Positions 48,144-59,024 of a DNA stretch of 64,000 nt are shown piece by piece. This DNA is from Bacteroidota bacterium. GTDB taxonomy: Bacteria; Bacteroidota; Ignavibacteria; UBA10030; SZUA-254. The notes under the pieces are model-generated. The model was not told the origin of the DNA. It ran no database searches and worked only from the letters and a program-made list of their open reading frames with translations. The first letter of the stretch is position 1. Every line of letters begins with the position of its first letter. Made by a program: the position numbers and the translations under genes. Where the stretch lies: contig JAGVIE010000030.1 of the NCBI GenBank assembly GCA_020056225.1, positions 42,492-106,491 of the forward strand, given 5' to 3'.

Positions 48144-48949
48144 TGATGGAATTCGAACAAATAGATTTTAAAAAGCCGCAGCGAAAATTGGTTAAAAGAT
48201 GGGGAATCTATCTGATGATTCCTTTGCTAATAGGTGTTGTTGTCATTACGGTATTATCATGGAAATGGCGCGATACTCTAAGTGTCCAAAGAGTCGTAAT
48301 TGATGGTAATAGGATTCTGCCGGTACAGCACGTTCTCGGATTGTCAAATGTATCCCTGAAGTCTCATATGTATGGAGTTGATATTTATGATGTCCGGCAA
48401 AGAGTTTTGCAACAGCCGTTCATTAAGTCGGTATGCATTAATCGAAATTTCCCGAATGCAATTCATATCCAGATTGTTGAAAGAGATCCTATTGCAACGG
48501 TAAATACCGGGCAGCTTCGCTATGTTGACAGGGAAGAATTTCTGTTACCGCAGATCGAATCGGCGGTTGGACTCGATCTTCCGATTATCAGCGGCATCGG
48601 CGGACTTCAACAAGCGCAGATCGGCGATACAGTTGTGAACACCGAATTATCTGAAGCAATAAATCTTCTGGAGACAGCACAGACTATTGACACAGCGATT
48701 TATCATTCGATCTCTGAGGTTAACATGAATGGTGGAAAAGATATTCTCCTCTTCTCAACTGATATCGGCGTCCCGATTTTTATCGGGCGAGGAAAGTATG
48801 GTAAAAAACTCATTCTCTTCCATACTTTCTGGAGCAATTTTGTAAAATCTCAAAACGCCGATAAATTACAATATATAGATTTGCGATTCAACGAGCAGGT
48901 AGTAGTGAAATGGAAACAGGATTCCCAACAACCGAAAACTGCTCTGTAA
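48143..48949 (+). CDS. ftsQ: Cell division protein FtsQ
   Basis: TM segment, POTRA domain, ERDP and IDLRFNEQVV. Lies before ftsA. Confidence 0.88.
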   Translation: MMEFEQIDFKKPQRKLVKRWGIYLMIPLLIGVVVITVLSWKWRDTLSVQRVVIDGNRILPVQHVLGLSNVSLKSHMYGVDIYDVRQRVLQQPFIKSVCINRNFPNAIHIQIVERDPIATVNTGQLRYVDREEFLLPQIESAVGLDLPIISGIGGLQQAQIGDTVVNTELSEAINLLETAQTIDTAIYHSISEVNMNGGKDILLFSTDIGVPIFIGRGKYGKKLILFHTFWSNFVKSQNADKLQYIDLRFNEQVVVKWKQDSQQPKTAL

Positions 48950-48976
48950 GGATTTATTTTTGAAAGGTTACTTATA

Positions 48977-50215
48977 ATGGAACCAGAAATAATCGTTGGT
49001 TTGGATATCGGAACGACAAAAGTATGTGCGGTTGTCGCCTCGACGGATGAGACGGGAAAATTCAACATTCTCGGCGTGGGCAGAAGCCCATCCGACGGTT
49101 TGACGCGCGGGGTTGTGACTAATATTGAAAAAACTGTCAGATCGATTCAAAGCGCAATTGCCGAGGCTGAATCACGCTCAGGCATAAAGATTCAATCTGT
49201 CATCGTCGGTATTGCAGGCGACCATATACAAAGTTTTCAAAGCCGCGGCGTTATCGCTATCAGCGGACCTGAAAGTGAGATTTCACAGGCAGATGTAAAT
49301 CGTCTTATAGAAGATACAAAACGTGTGGCTTTACCTTCTGACAGGAGGATCATCCATGTCATCCCTCAGGAATTTATTATCGATGGACAAGATGGCGTCT
49401 CAGATCCGGTCGGTATGTCAGGCGTGCGGCTCGAAGCAAATGTACATATTATTACTGGATTGGTAACTGCCGCGCAGAATATTTATAAATGTGTACAGCG
49501 GTCGGGTCTTCAAATTGGCGACATGGTTCTCGAACCGCTTGCGTCAAGTTATTCGGTTCTTGATGAGGAAGAAAAAGAAGTCGGTATTGCCTTGCTTGAT
49601 GTCGGAGGCGGAACAACAGACCTTGCCGTATTTGAAGATAGAACGATCCGTTATACTGCTGTTATCCCGATTGCCGGTAATCAAGTTACGAATGATATAC
49701 GAAAAGGATTGGGCGTTCTGACGGAACAGGCTGAAAAATTAAAATGCCAGCACGGATTCGCGTACCTGCCGAGCGTTCTCGATGATGAACCGATAACAAT
49801 CCCCGGTATTGGCGGAAGACCTCCCCTGGAAATAGATAAAAAACTGCTTGCTCAAATAATCCAGCCGAGGATGGAAGAAATTTTTGAGATTGCGGCGATG
49901 GAAATAAAGCGTTCGGGATATTCCCGGCACCTCTCGGCAGGTGTTGTCTTAACAGGCGGCGGATCGTTGATCAAGGGAGCTTCTGAGCTGGCGCGTGAAG
50001 TACTCGGCTTACCGGCGAAAATCGGCATCCCGGGCGGATTCAGCGCGGGATTGGTACGGGAAATTGAAAACCCGATTTATGCCACTGCGGTCGGTTTGGT
50101 ACTGCATGGTCTTCGCCATAAAGATAAAACGACGCTCAACTTCACCAACGGAAAGGGCAGAGTGTCGGTGAAAAAAGTTTTCGGAAAAATGAAAAGCTGG
50201 TTCGATGAATTATAG
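48977..50215 (+). CDS. ftsA: Cell division protein FtsA
   Basis: GLDIGTTK, DVGGGTT, VVLTGGGS and C-terminal amphipathic helix (KSWFDEL). Confidence 0.97.
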   Translation: MEPEIIVGLDIGTTKVCAVVASTDETGKFNILGVGRSPSDGLTRGVVTNIEKTVRSIQSAIAEAESRSGIKIQSVIVGIAGDHIQSFQSRGVIAISGPESEISQADVNRLIEDTKRVALPSDRRIIHVIPQEFIIDGQDGVSDPVGMSGVRLEANVHIITGLVTAAQNIYKCVQRSGLQIGDMVLEPLASSYSVLDEEEKEVGIALLDVGGGTTDLAVFEDRTIRYTAVIPIAGNQVTNDIRKGLGVLTEQAEKLKCQHGFAYLPSVLDDEPITIPGIGGRPPLEIDKKLLAQIIQPRMEEIFEIAAMEIKRSGYSRHLSAGVVLTGGGSLIKGASELAREVLGLPAKIGIPGGFSAGLVREIENPIYATAVGLVLHGLRHKDKTTLNFTNGKGRVSVKKVFGKMKSWFDEL

Positions 50216-50306
50216 ATAACTGAAAAAATCAAAATTTAATTCGAATAAAATTTTTATATAAAAACTATTAACCAATATACTATTAACTATATAAGGAGAT
50301 ACGATA

Positions 50307-51482
50307 GTGATAGAATTAGATAACTTCTTCGACCACGGGGCTAAGATTCGCGTGGTTGGTGTTGGCGGCGGCGGCGGCAATGCCGTTAACAGCATGATCG
50401 ATAAACGGATGCAAGGAGTAGATTTCTTTGCAATTAATTGCGATATGCAAGCATTAGAGCGCAGTAAAGCGTCGAATAAAATACAAATTGGAAAAAACCT
50501 CACACGCGGTTTAGGTGCGGGAGCCGATCCCTCAATCGGCCAGCGGGCTGTTGAAGAAGATCGCGATGAGCTTTCGCGAGCTCTTGCCGGCAGCGATATG
50601 GTTTTCATAACTGCAGGCATGGGGGGCGGCACCGGTACCGGCGGTGGTCCTGTTGTTGCAAATATTGCCAAGAGTGTTGGAGCGTTGGTTGTTGGCATTG
50701 TTACCAAGCCCTTCACGTGCGAGGGTAAGAAGAGAATGGCTCAGGCAGAAGCTGGTATCGAAGAGATGAAAAAACAAGTCGATACATTGATCATGATTCC
50801 AAACCAGAAACTGCTTTCGATTGTCGAGCGTAACACGCCGCTTCAGGAAGCGTTCGATAAAGCCAACGATGTACTATACAACGCAACCCGTGGAATCTCC
50901 GAGCTGATAACAACGCCAGGCCTTATTAATGTGGACTTCGCCGATGTTCGTACGATAATGCGTGAAATGGGTGATGCTCTTATGGGTTCCGGTGTTGCGT
51001 CGGGTGAAAACCGATCGATCGAAGCTGCGCATGCCGCAATTTCGAGTCCGCTCCTTGAAGGAGTTTCTATCTCTGGCGCACTCGGTGTACTGGTGAATGT
51101 TACTGGTGGTCCGACAATGTCGCTCGTCGAAGTCGATGAGGCGGTCAGTGTTATCCACGAAGCAGCTGGTGAAGAAGCGAACGTCATCATGGGCGCTGTT
51201 GTAGATGAAAATCTTGGCGATGAAATGATGGTTACGGTAATAGCGACAGGTTTCAACAAGCGTGGCGTTGGCACGGTGCGCGTGGCAAAACCTGCTGCGA
51301 AAGTAATCGATCGGATTCCCGCCGGTCTTCATGATTTGCAGAAACTTGATGAGCCTGCTTACATGCGCCGTGGTATAGATATTCCGTTGAATACATCAAA
51401 AGTGGAAGATCAGAATTCGTCCCGATCGGTTGATACTATTGATGTAGAGAAGCCTGCGTTCTTACGTAAAATTATGGATTGA
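50307..51482 (+). CDS. ftsZ: Cell division protein FtsZ
   Basis: [26 protein letters not shown] and C-terminal PAFLR. Confidence 0.98.
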   Translation: MIELDNFFDHGAKIRVVGVGGGGGNAVNSMIDKRMQGVDFFAINCDMQALERSKASNKIQIGKNLTRGLGAGADPSIGQRAVEEDRDELSRALAGSDMVFITAGMGGGTGTGGGPVVANIAKSVGALVVGIVTKPFTCEGKKRMAQAEAGIEEMKKQVDTLIMIPNQKLLSIVERNTPLQEAFDKANDVLYNATRGISELITTPGLINVDFADVRTIMREMGDALMGSGVASGENRSIEAAHAAISSPLLEGVSISGALGVLVNVTGGPTMSLVEVDEAVSVIHEAAGEEANVIMGAVVDENLGDEMMVTVIATGFNKRGVGTVRVAKPAAKVIDRIPAGLHDLQKLDEPAYMRRGIDIPLNTSKVEDQNSSRSVDTIDVEKPAFLRKIMD

Positions 51483-51512
51483 TGGCGGCTCTGCACGGTC
51501 GGAATATACACT

Positions 51513-51645
51513 GAGCTGTTAATATGTAAAAACAGCTCGACAAATAGAAACATTAAAGTAAACATGTTTCGGATTTTATCTGAAACATAATTAACTATCG
51601 TACACTCCTTGAGGAGAGCGTGCTTAACAGACACGCTCTCCCTCA
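51513..51645 (+). terminator. Two hairpins downstream of ftsZ (probable terminator or stabiliser)
   Basis: GAGCTGTT-N10-AACAGCTC (51513-51538) and GGAGAGCGTG-N9-CACGCTCTCC (51613-51641). No strong U-tract. Confidence 0.5.
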
Positions 51646-51775
51646 TTGATTCAACACTGAACATATTAAAAGAAATTCTTGAGAGAATAGAAATCAATGT
51701 GCGGTTATTTCTATCATCTCAATGTCGAGAACTGTTGCTTGCATCTTCTTCTCCCATTTCATACCTTTTAGATGT

Positions 51776-52447
51776 ATGAAAATCTTTTTGCCTCTAATTC
51801 TTTTCGGAATTCTGCTGCAACTCGAAGTATATCCGCAGACAGTAAAAGTGAGCAGTTCGTTCAGAATTGCACGGTTAAAATACAACGGTGGCGGCGATTG
51901 GTACAACGATCCTACTGAAGAAGTCAATCTTCTGAAGTTCGTTCAACAAAATACACAGATAGATGTCTCGCCGGGTTATGAATTTGTCGAAATTCCGGAT
52001 GATAAGTTCTTCACTTATCCTTTCATCTTTATGACCGGGCATGGTAATATTATTTTTTCTGACCCAGAAGTAAAACGACTCAGGTTATACCTCGAGAATG
52101 GCGGATTTCTCTTTGCCGATGACGATTATGGAATGGACAAATCTTTCAGGCGTGAAATCAAAAAAATATTCCCGGAACAGGAGTTGATTGAACTGCCCTA
52201 TTCATTCGGTTTATATCATTGCCAGTATGAATTTTCAAAAGGACCGCCGAAAACACACGAGCACGACGGAAAATCACCACAGGGCTTCGGGATTTTTCAC
52301 AACGGCAGACTTGTTCTCTATTATACTTATGAATCTAATCCCAGCGATGGCTGGAACGATATAGAAGTGCATGGCGATACACCGGCAAAACATGATGAAG
52401 CGCTCCGTTTTGGAACAAACATAGTTGTGTGGGCGTTAACACATTAG
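51776..52447 (+). CDS. DUF4159 domain protein (exported)
   Basis: LKYNGGGDWY, MTGHGNI, GGFLFADDDYG and GTNIVVWAL. Signal-like start MKIFL. Confidence 0.85.
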   Translation: MKIFLPLILFGILLQLEVYPQTVKVSSSFRIARLKYNGGGDWYNDPTEEVNLLKFVQQNTQIDVSPGYEFVEIPDDKFFTYPFIFMTGHGNIIFSDPEVKRLRLYLENGGFLFADDDYGMDKSFRREIKKIFPEQELIELPYSFGLYHCQYEFSKGPPKTHEHDGKSPQGFGIFHNGRLVLYYTYESNPSDGWNDIEVHGDTPAKHDEALRFGTNIVVWALTH

Positions 52448-52505
52448 AGGAATTGTGATTATGCCGGATTATAGGTCTTCATTATATTTATTTTATTATT
52501 AGTAC

Positions 52506-55500
52506 TTGAATAACAATACTTCAAAATTTTATTCGGAGATTCTTGAACGACTGGACGGAGTTCGTAGAAAAGAGCATCGTCTAACGTTGCTTCACGGTGC
52601 GATAACAACTTTTCTTATTGCGATACTTCTTTTATTGATGGCAATTGTCGTGGAGGGAATCTTCGCGTTCGGAATATCGGGCAGAATAATTCTGTTTGTG
52701 TTTACTGCGATTGGGCTACTTGTATCGATCTCGATTTTTATCGTTCGACCGGTACTTTTTATGATCGAAGTGTTAAGATCTCCGGATAATTATCTGATCG
52801 CCGCTAAAGTAGGCAGTAAATTTCCTTCTATCCGCGATAGATTGCTCGATGCTCTTCAAATGTATGAGTCGAGAGAACAATTACACAGTATATATTCTCC
52901 TGAGCTGATCGATGCATCGTTCATCGATCTCTACCAACAAATTCAACCGATAGATTTTACCGATGCGGTCAGTAATTCCGGAATTCGCCAGGCTAAGAAA
53001 TTCGTGGCTTACGCATTCAGTATTTTATTTTTTGCGTTCGTGCTCTTTCCTTCCGGATTTTTTGGTTCATTGTATCGGATTGTGAATTTTAACCAATCTT
53101 TCGCAGCGTCTCTGTCGATTCAGTTTTTTATCGAACCCGGCAATATTGAGACGATCCGCGGAGCCGATGTTCCCATTGCAATTCATACAATTGGTAAGCC
53201 GGTAAAAATTCTTTCATTGCAGACACGCATGCACGGACAGCTTGAATTCGACAATCAGAATCTTCATAGGGATGATGAAGGAATTTTCAGGACAACAATT
53301 ACCAACATTAAAACATCAACCGATTATTTTGTTACGATTGATGATACCAGGAGCGAAAAATATACAATCAAAGTTCTTGATAGACCGATGATACGATCTC
53401 TTCAGATAAAAATAATCTCACCGAAATATACGCGTATCCCAATTAAAACACTTGATGAAAATTACGGCGACATCAATGCGTACCACGGATCAACAGTAGA
53501 ATTACATATCCTCGCGAGTAAAGATCTCTCCTCCGCTTCATTGGTATTCAATGACAGCAACATGACCGCGTTGTCTGTAACAAATACCGAAGCCCACGGA
53601 TCGTTGACGGTAAATAAAAACCAAACGTATCATATTTCTCTTAAAGATAATAATAGATTGTCGAATATCGATCCGGTTGAATATTCCATTAAAACCATAA
53701 TCGATGAATATCCGACCGTTGAAATCATCGCGCCCGGGAAAAATGTTGATCTATCAGGAGATATGAAGCTCGATCTTCTGACCCGCATAAAGGACGATTT
53801 CGGATTTTCAAATCTGCGGCTCGCTTACCGGCTTGCACAGTCGAGGTATGAGCGCCCTGCGGATGAATTTACCTTCATTGATATTCCGCTTGCCGATAGA
53901 AATCAAAACAAGATTGATTCGTGGTTTCATTGGGATTTGACATCTATGAATCTCGTGCCGGAAGATATCCTCTCGTACTACGTTGAAGTATTCGATAATG
54001 ATAACGTAAGCGGTCCTAAATCCGCGAGAAGTCAGACATTCATCGTCAGGCTTTCCTCGCTTGAGGAAGTATTTTCCGATATATCTCAAACACATGAGCA
54101 ATCGATGGAATCGATGCAAAACGTTGCAAAAGAAGCTGAACAATTGAAGAAAGATATTGAAGAAATGAATCGCGAAATGAAAAAGAGCGGTGATAAAACA
54201 GATTGGCAACGGCAAAAAAAAGCTGAAGAAATGTTACAACGTTACGATGCTCTCAAGAAAAAAATTGATGAGACGATGCAGAAGATGGACGAAATGATTA
54301 AAAAAATGGATGAGAACAAATTACTCTCACCTCAAACGATGGAAAAATATCAAGAACTTCAGAAACTGATGGAGAAACTGAATTCGCCGGAGCTTCGCGA
54401 TGCGCTAAAAAAATTTCAAGAATCCATGAAGCAGATTTCTCCCGAGCAGATGAAACAATCGATGGAGCAAATGAAAATGACGGAAGAGCAGTTTCGTCAG
54501 AACTTAGAAAGAACGATTGAACTTCTGAAGCGAATTCACATCGAACAAAAATTGGACGAGCTAATCAAACGAGCGGAAGAATTAACCAAGCAGCAGGAAG
54601 CGCTCAAACAAGAAGCATCGAAAACAAATTCATCCGACAAACAAAAACGAGAAGAACTCTCCAGGCGGCAAGAAGATTTGCAGAAGCAATTGGAGTCGCT
54701 GGAAAAGGAAACATCATCGCTCAAGAAGAAGATGGAGGAATTCCCCAAAGAAATGCCGTTAGATGAAATGAGCCGGGCGGAACAGAAATTACAGAATAGC
54801 GAAACCGGTAAAAAGATGCAGCAATCGATGATGCAGATGCAATCAGGAAATATGCAGGCGGCTCAGCAGACTCAGGAAGAAACAAAAAATGATTTGGATG
54901 AATTCAAACAGCAACTCGAGAAAGCCCAGCAGGCGTTACGCGACAACCAGATGAAACAAATTGTCAACGAAATACGCAGGCAACTTGAAAATGTACTGGA
55001 GCTGTCGGAACGGCAAGAATCGTTGAAAGATGAAATGAAAAAGACCGATCCGAATTCGCAACGCTTCAGAGAAAACGCCCAAAAGCAAAAAGAAGTTATG
55101 AACGATCTTGGCAATATTACAAATGCGCTCAGCGAGATCGGAAAGAAATCGTTTGCAATAAGCCCTGAGATGGGAAAAGAAATTGGCAATGCGATGCGTC
55201 AGATGAACGATGCAATGCAGCAGATGGAGTATAGAAATCCATCAACATCATCACAGAAGCAAAGCGAGGCGATGGGCTCGCTTAATCGTACTGCGATGTT
55301 AATGCAAGGTGCGATGAACGCGATGATGCAGGGTGGGAAGAGTGGAATGGGTATGGCTGGATTAATGTCGCAGTTACAGCAGATGGCAGGCACACAGGGC
55401 GCGATCAACCAGGGAACACAACAGGCAATGTCAATGGCGCAGGGACAAGGCGAAATGATGAGCGCACAACAGCAAGCCGAGTACCAGCGTATTGCAGGTC

Positions 55501-55922
55501 AACAAGGGGCGGCGCAGAAATCACTGGAACAATTGGCAAAGGAAGCGAAAAACTCCGGTGAGTACAGCAGGTTGCTTGGCGATCTCGACAGGATTGCGCA
55601 GGAGATGCAGGAAGTTCAAACCGATCTTCAACAAGGAAATGTTAATCCCAATACTCTCCAGAAACAGGATAAAATTCTTTCAAGATTGCTGGAGTCTACC
55701 CGCTCGATGCGCGAACGTGATTATGAAAAACGAAGACGTGCTGAAACAGGAAAGGATATCTCTCGTCCAAGCCCTGCCGAGATAGATCTTTCTACAAAGG
55801 AAGGCAAGAACAAACTTCACGAAGAGCTTCTAAAAGTGCTTGAAAGTAAATATACTAAGGATTACGAAGACCTGATCAAAAAATACTTTGAGCAGTTGGA
55901 GACGGAAGAGATAAAGCAATAA
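52506..55922 (+). CDS. DUF4175-like large membrane-anchored coiled-coil protein
   Basis: Three TM segments, a beta-rich region (DEYP, DDFG, DNDNVSGPK) and a long Q/E/M-rich coiled coil ending YF. Confidence 0.75.
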   Translation: MNNNTSKFYSEILERLDGVRRKEHRLTLLHGAITTFLIAILLLLMAIVVEGIFAFGISGRIILFVFTAIGLLVSISIFIVRPVLFMIEVLRSPDNYLIAAKVGSKFPSIRDRLLDALQMYESREQLHSIYSPELIDASFIDLYQQIQPIDFTDAVSNSGIRQAKKFVAYAFSILFFAFVLFPSGFFGSLYRIVNFNQSFAASLSIQFFIEPGNIETIRGADVPIAIHTIGKPVKILSLQTRMHGQLEFDNQNLHRDDEGIFRTTITNIKTSTDYFVTIDDTRSEKYTIKVLDRPMIRSLQIKIISPKYTRIPIKTLDENYGDINAYHGSTVELHILASKDLSSASLVFNDSNMTALSVTNTEAHGSLTVNKNQTYHISLKDNNRLSNIDPVEYSIKTIIDEYPTVEIIAPGKNVDLSGDMKLDLLTRIKDDFGFSNLRLAYRLAQSRYERPADEFTFIDIPLADRNQNKIDSWFHWDLTSMNLVPEDILSYYVEVFDNDNVSGPKSARSQTFIVRLSSLEEVFSDISQTHEQSMESMQNVAKEAEQLKKDIEEMNREMKKSGDKTDWQRQKKAEEMLQRYDALKKKIDETMQKMDEMIKKMDENKLLSPQTMEKYQELQKLMEKLNSPELRDALKKFQESMKQISPEQMKQSMEQMKMTEEQFRQNLERTIELLKRIHIEQKLDELIKRAEELTKQQEALKQEASKTNSSDKQKREELSRRQEDLQKQLESLEKETSSLKKKMEEFPKEMPLDEMSRAEQKLQNSETGKKMQQSMMQMQSGNMQAAQQTQEETKNDLDEFKQQLEKAQQALRDNQMKQIVNEIRRQLENVLELSERQESLKDEMKKTDPNSQRFRENAQKQKEVMNDLGNITNALSEIGKKSFAISPEMGKEIGNAMRQMNDAMQQMEYRNPSTSSQKQSEAMGSLNRTAMLMQGAMNAMMQGGKSGMGMAGLMSQLQQMAGTQGAINQGTQQAMSMAQGQGEMMSAQQQAEYQRIAGQQGAAQKSLEQLAKEAKNSGEYSRLLGDLDRIAQEMQEVQTDLQQGNVNPNTLQKQDKILSRLLESTRSMRERDYEKRRRAETGKDISRPSPAEIDLSTKEGKNKLHEELLKVLESKYTKDYEDLIKKYFEQLETEEIKQ

Positions 55923-55976
55923 CACAACACATTTCGTTTCTATTAATTTGCCTATTTTATATCACAAGGAGTTCTG

Positions 55977-57476
55977 ATGAATCATAAAATCATCGCCATA
56001 TATTTTCTTGCTTTGACTGTTTCGGTAAGCGGTCAAACAGTTGATTCCGATATTCATGAAGTTCCCGGTCTTTCGGAAATCTCCATAAATAATTTGATGA
56101 AAACCGTCGAAGTGCTTGCTTCGAGAGAATATGCAGGAAGATTATCTGGAAGCGAGGGTTACAATAAAGCCGCAAAGTACATGGCATCAGGATTCGGAAA
56201 AATCGGTTTGAAGCCACTCGGTGATGAATCGTATTTTCAAAATCTGAAAGTTGAATATAACGAGATCTTCTCGCCTGTTAAGCTTAATTTAATTGAAGAT
56301 GGACGATTGAAAACCGAATACAAGCTTGGGAAAGATTTTGTGTGTCGCGATTTAACCGGCTCCGGACATTTTACCGCGCAGGTTGTTTTTTGCGGGTACG
56401 GTTTATCACAACCAGAAATAGGATACGATGATTATGCCGGTGTTGACGTGAAAGGAAAAATTGTTCTCGTGTTCAAACCTAATCCGAAGTGGAGAATGAA
56501 CGATTCAAGCAATTGGGTAAGCCCGTATCCACGCGAAAAAGCCAGGACCGCGGCTCGGCACGGAGCTATTGGACTTTTAATTGTATCTCTACCGAACGAT
56601 CCCAATCCACAAAAGACAATTCTAAGCGTACTAGATGGAAGCGGAGAACAAGACGCAAATTTTCCGCAGATGCACATCGATATTCCTGTCGCAAATGATT
56701 TTCTTCTTGGAAGTGAATACAGTTTGAAAGATTTGCAAACAAAGATTGATTCTATTAAGAAACCTGTTTCATTCAAGTTAAATTCGAACGCGGAGATTGC
56801 TGTCAATGCCCATTATACCAAACAACAACCGACAATGAATATAGTCGGATTACTTGAAGGAACCGATCCTGTATTGAAGAACGAATATCTCGTTGTCGGC
56901 GCGCATCTCGATCATGTCGGAAGTCAAGCTGGTGAAATATTCGCACCCGGCGCAAACGATAACGCTTCCGGTTCCGCGGCTGTTCTAGAAATAGCAAATG
57001 TATTTCTTGAAGGAAAGGTAAAGCCGAAGCGATCTATAATTTTTGTTCTATTCGCAAGTGAAGAATTGGGTCTAATCGGCGCTTTACATTTTGTCAATCA
57101 TCCGCCGGTTGCGCTTGAGAAAATAATTGGAATGATAAACCTGGATTGCGTAGGTTCGGGGGATAGCATTCAGGTAGGGAATGGTAAAAGCTCGCCGAAA
57201 CTCTGGAATATCGCCCGGCAAAAAGATTCATCATATACGAAGATGATGGTAGAAACAACATGGAATGGCGGCGGCGCAGACGCGGGACCGTTCCATGATA
57301 AGAAAATACCCGCAATATATTTTGTTACAACAAACGGCTATGCCCATCTTCATGATATTACGGATACACCTGAAACATTGAACAAACCGTTGTTCGAGAA
57401 GATAACAAAGCTTGCATATCTAACAGCGTTAGAGATTACAGACGGAAAATATGAAAGAGAGCAAGTTGTTAAATAA
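55977..57476 (+). CDS. M28 family aminopeptidase with PA domain
   Basis: GAHLDHVG, GANDNASG, SEELGLIG, NLD and HLHDITD. Confidence 0.9.
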   Translation: MNHKIIAIYFLALTVSVSGQTVDSDIHEVPGLSEISINNLMKTVEVLASREYAGRLSGSEGYNKAAKYMASGFGKIGLKPLGDESYFQNLKVEYNEIFSPVKLNLIEDGRLKTEYKLGKDFVCRDLTGSGHFTAQVVFCGYGLSQPEIGYDDYAGVDVKGKIVLVFKPNPKWRMNDSSNWVSPYPREKARTAARHGAIGLLIVSLPNDPNPQKTILSVLDGSGEQDANFPQMHIDIPVANDFLLGSEYSLKDLQTKIDSIKKPVSFKLNSNAEIAVNAHYTKQQPTMNIVGLLEGTDPVLKNEYLVVGAHLDHVGSQAGEIFAPGANDNASGSAAVLEIANVFLEGKVKPKRSIIFVLFASEELGLIGALHFVNHPPVALEKIIGMINLDCVGSGDSIQVGNGKSSPKLWNIARQKDSSYTKMMVETTWNGGGADAGPFHDKKIPAIYFVTTNGYAHLHDITDTPETLNKPLFEKITKLAYLTALEITDGKYEREQVVK

Positions 57477-57583
57477 ATTTACTTTTCGAAAAAAAATCTG
57501 CTAAGAACGCTTGATAATTTCATGCAACTTTCGTAATGTTTAGAAATCGTTGGTAAGTCAATATTATTGTACTGGAGAAATAG

Positions 57584-58915
57584 ATGGCAAAAAGTATGAA
57601 CCTGCTACAGATTACACCGCAAGAATTTATCGCATTTCTTAAGAATGAAAATATAACCAGATTTTATTTTGTGTACGATGCGAAAAATAAAATTGTCAGG
57701 AGTTCTCATAAGCAATTGCAGCAAATTGCCGAGTTCATTCAATCGGATAAACGTGATTTCATGACACATGAAGGAATATTCATTCAGGTCAGCCGCAAAT
57801 ACGATATTCTTCAAGGAGCATTCATTCATCGAACTAAACGCGGACAAGCGGCGGGTGGAGTCCGATATTGGAATTATAATACTGTCGAAGATTATCTTCG
57901 CGATGGTTTACGGCTTGCGGTCGGTATGACAATGAAGAACGCGCTTGCAGGTCTCTGGTGGGGCGGAGGCAAAGGAGTAATGGCGCATAATCCTACTGTA
58001 GATAAGAATAATCCAATCATCAGAGCGTCGATTTATCAGGAGTTCGGCGAGTTAATGACCTCTATTCACGGTTGTTACGTGACCGCAGAAGATGTTGGAA
58101 CAGATGTAACCGACATGGTTAATGTATTTGCCAAAACGAGGTTTACCACATGCATACCTCTGCGGCTCGGCGGTAGCGGCAATCCCTCGGTACCTACTGC
58201 ACGCGGAATAATCTCCGGCATGGAAGCCGCGATTGAATTTTTAGAGATGGGAACTCTTGCAGGAAAAACAATCGCCGTTCAGGGAATGGGACACGTTGCG
58301 TCTCCGTTGATAAAATATTTATTTGAAAAAGAAGTAAAAAAAGTAATCGCCTGTGAGATTAATCCATATATTATCAAGGAAGTAAAGGAGATTGTAATCG
58401 GCTGTAATTTAGAGGCAAAAATAGTTTCTTTGGATGATCTGAGCATCTTTCAGAGTGAATGTGATATATTTGCTCCGTGTGCGACAGGCGCGATATTAAA
58501 TCCGACCACCATACCGATGATCAAAGCTAAAATTATTTGTGGGGCTGCCAACAATCAGTTGGAAGATAGTCAAAGAGACGACAAAATGTTGTACGAAAGA
58601 GGCATCGTTTATGTGCCCGATTTTTTAACAAACCGTATGGGAATAGTAAATTGCGCGAATGAACAATATGGTTATGTTCGCAACGATCCTTTCATAGAAC
58701 AGCACCTAACAAAAGAATGGGAATATTCGATCTACCAGATAGCGTTGAAGGTACTTAAAGAATCCAGAAACACACATACACCGCCCGGTGAGGTTGCATT
58801 GCGTCTCGCGAATGAATTATCGCTCCAGAATCATCCAATATTCGGTCATCGCGGACAATCGGTTGTCGATTCGCTAGTTGCCAGCCAATGGCATAAACGA
58901 ACCACCGCTGATTAG
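57584..58915 (+). CDS. Glu/Leu/Phe/Val dehydrogenase family protein
   Basis: GGVR, GMTMKN, GGGKG, TAEDVG, QGMGHV, PCA and GAANNQL. Confidence 0.9.
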   Translation: MAKSMNLLQITPQEFIAFLKNENITRFYFVYDAKNKIVRSSHKQLQQIAEFIQSDKRDFMTHEGIFIQVSRKYDILQGAFIHRTKRGQAAGGVRYWNYNTVEDYLRDGLRLAVGMTMKNALAGLWWGGGKGVMAHNPTVDKNNPIIRASIYQEFGELMTSIHGCYVTAEDVGTDVTDMVNVFAKTRFTTCIPLRLGGSGNPSVPTARGIISGMEAAIEFLEMGTLAGKTIAVQGMGHVASPLIKYLFEKEVKKVIACEINPYIIKEVKEIVIGCNLEAKIVSLDDLSIFQSECDIFAPCATGAILNPTTIPMIKAKIICGAANNQLEDSQRDDKMLYERGIVYVPDFLTNRMGIVNCANEQYGYVRNDPFIEQHLTKEWEYSIYQIALKVLKESRNTHTPPGEVALRLANELSLQNHPIFGHRGQSVVDSLVASQWHKRTTAD

Positions 58916-58972
58916 GCAATTCATAATAATCGTTGATAATACGTAAACAATCTAAGTTATAGACTTCATTTC

Positions 58973-59001
58973 TTGACACTTCCATAAATTCTCCCTACAT
59001 T
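58973..59001 (+). promoter_or_regulatory. Putative sigma70 promoter of the kinase gene
   Basis: TTGACA, 17-nt spacer, TACATT. Confidence 0.55.
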
Positions 59002-59024
59002 CTACGGTCATAGATAGGGAATAT

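Noticed and set aside
54060-55700. Tandem DNA repeats in the Q/M/E-rich region
   Set aside because: The low complexity is at the protein coiled-coil level. No exact nucleotide repeat unit is visible.
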